From positions 41,540,001 through 41,604,000 of the forward strand of contig NC_043001.1 of NCBI RefSeq assembly GCF_006345805.1: 64,000 nt of DNA, read 5' to 3'. The stretch comes from Octopus sinensis (lineage: Eukaryota). Below the pieces are notes generated by a model. That model had not been told where the DNA came from, did no database searches, and worked only from the letters and a program-made list of their open reading frames with translations. Below are positions 63,698 through 64,000 of the stretch, one piece after another; position 1 is the stretch's first letter; every line of letters starts with the position of its first letter. Made by a program: the position numbers and the translations under genes.

Positions 63698-64000
63698 TCT
63701 TCACACCAAGTGTCTGCCTATAAAATATATTTTCCTCCAGCTTTCTTTTATGTTGTTACCTGATTGTCAAGAAAACACCATCCTTCACTACCTTATGTTA
63801 TCCTTGAATGACAGTTTCTGGACACTCTGTAGATCTTAAATAGCAATATCTTCATTTGTATTTCCACTTGTTGAAAATCAATGAACCACTCAACAAGTCC
63901 GTACATCACTCCATTGTGAGGAGTTATATAAAGAGTTTGTTAGTTGATTAGTGTATTGCATAACATGAATAATTATATTATGCTTAGATCAAAATAAAAA

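Noticed and set aside
63740-63950. Possible mariner N-terminal HTH remnant on the minus strand
   Set aside because: The similarity is too fragmentary to call by eye.

Overview
AT-rich, repeat-saturated eukaryotic DNA. The recurring tRNA/CORE-type SINEs, RTE tails and dense microsatellites look like an Octopus genome (inference from repeat recognition, not a database hit). No host protein-coding gene can be firmly supported, and most called ORFs are microsatellite translations or transposon fragments. Autonomous-type relics: a near-intact R4/Dong non-LTR retrotransposon (24246-28287, minus) within a same-strand array of older Dong pieces, three Penelope-like element (PLE) relics (one with inverted terminal repeats), RTE, BovB-like and CR1 LINE pieces, a Ty3/Gypsy RT-RNaseH relic, Tc1/mariner elements with TIRs and TA TSDs, a Merlin/ISXO2 fragment and a Helitron derivative. 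Non-autonomous repeats include piggyBac-type MITEs and modular SINEs. The most interesting signal is a set of short foldback or palindromic inserts in (TA)n tracts carrying minimal type-I hammerhead ribozyme (HHR) motifs from at least four sequence families. They include a near-perfect 334-bp palindrome with two divergent canonical HHRs (18572-18905), a family with a U3-A8 covariant core (19235-19276 and 49227-49269), a CUGUUGA zero-loop variant, and an HHR duplicated by a near-identical 1.82-kb tandem duplication. All structures were read by eye and none has been computationally folded or searched.
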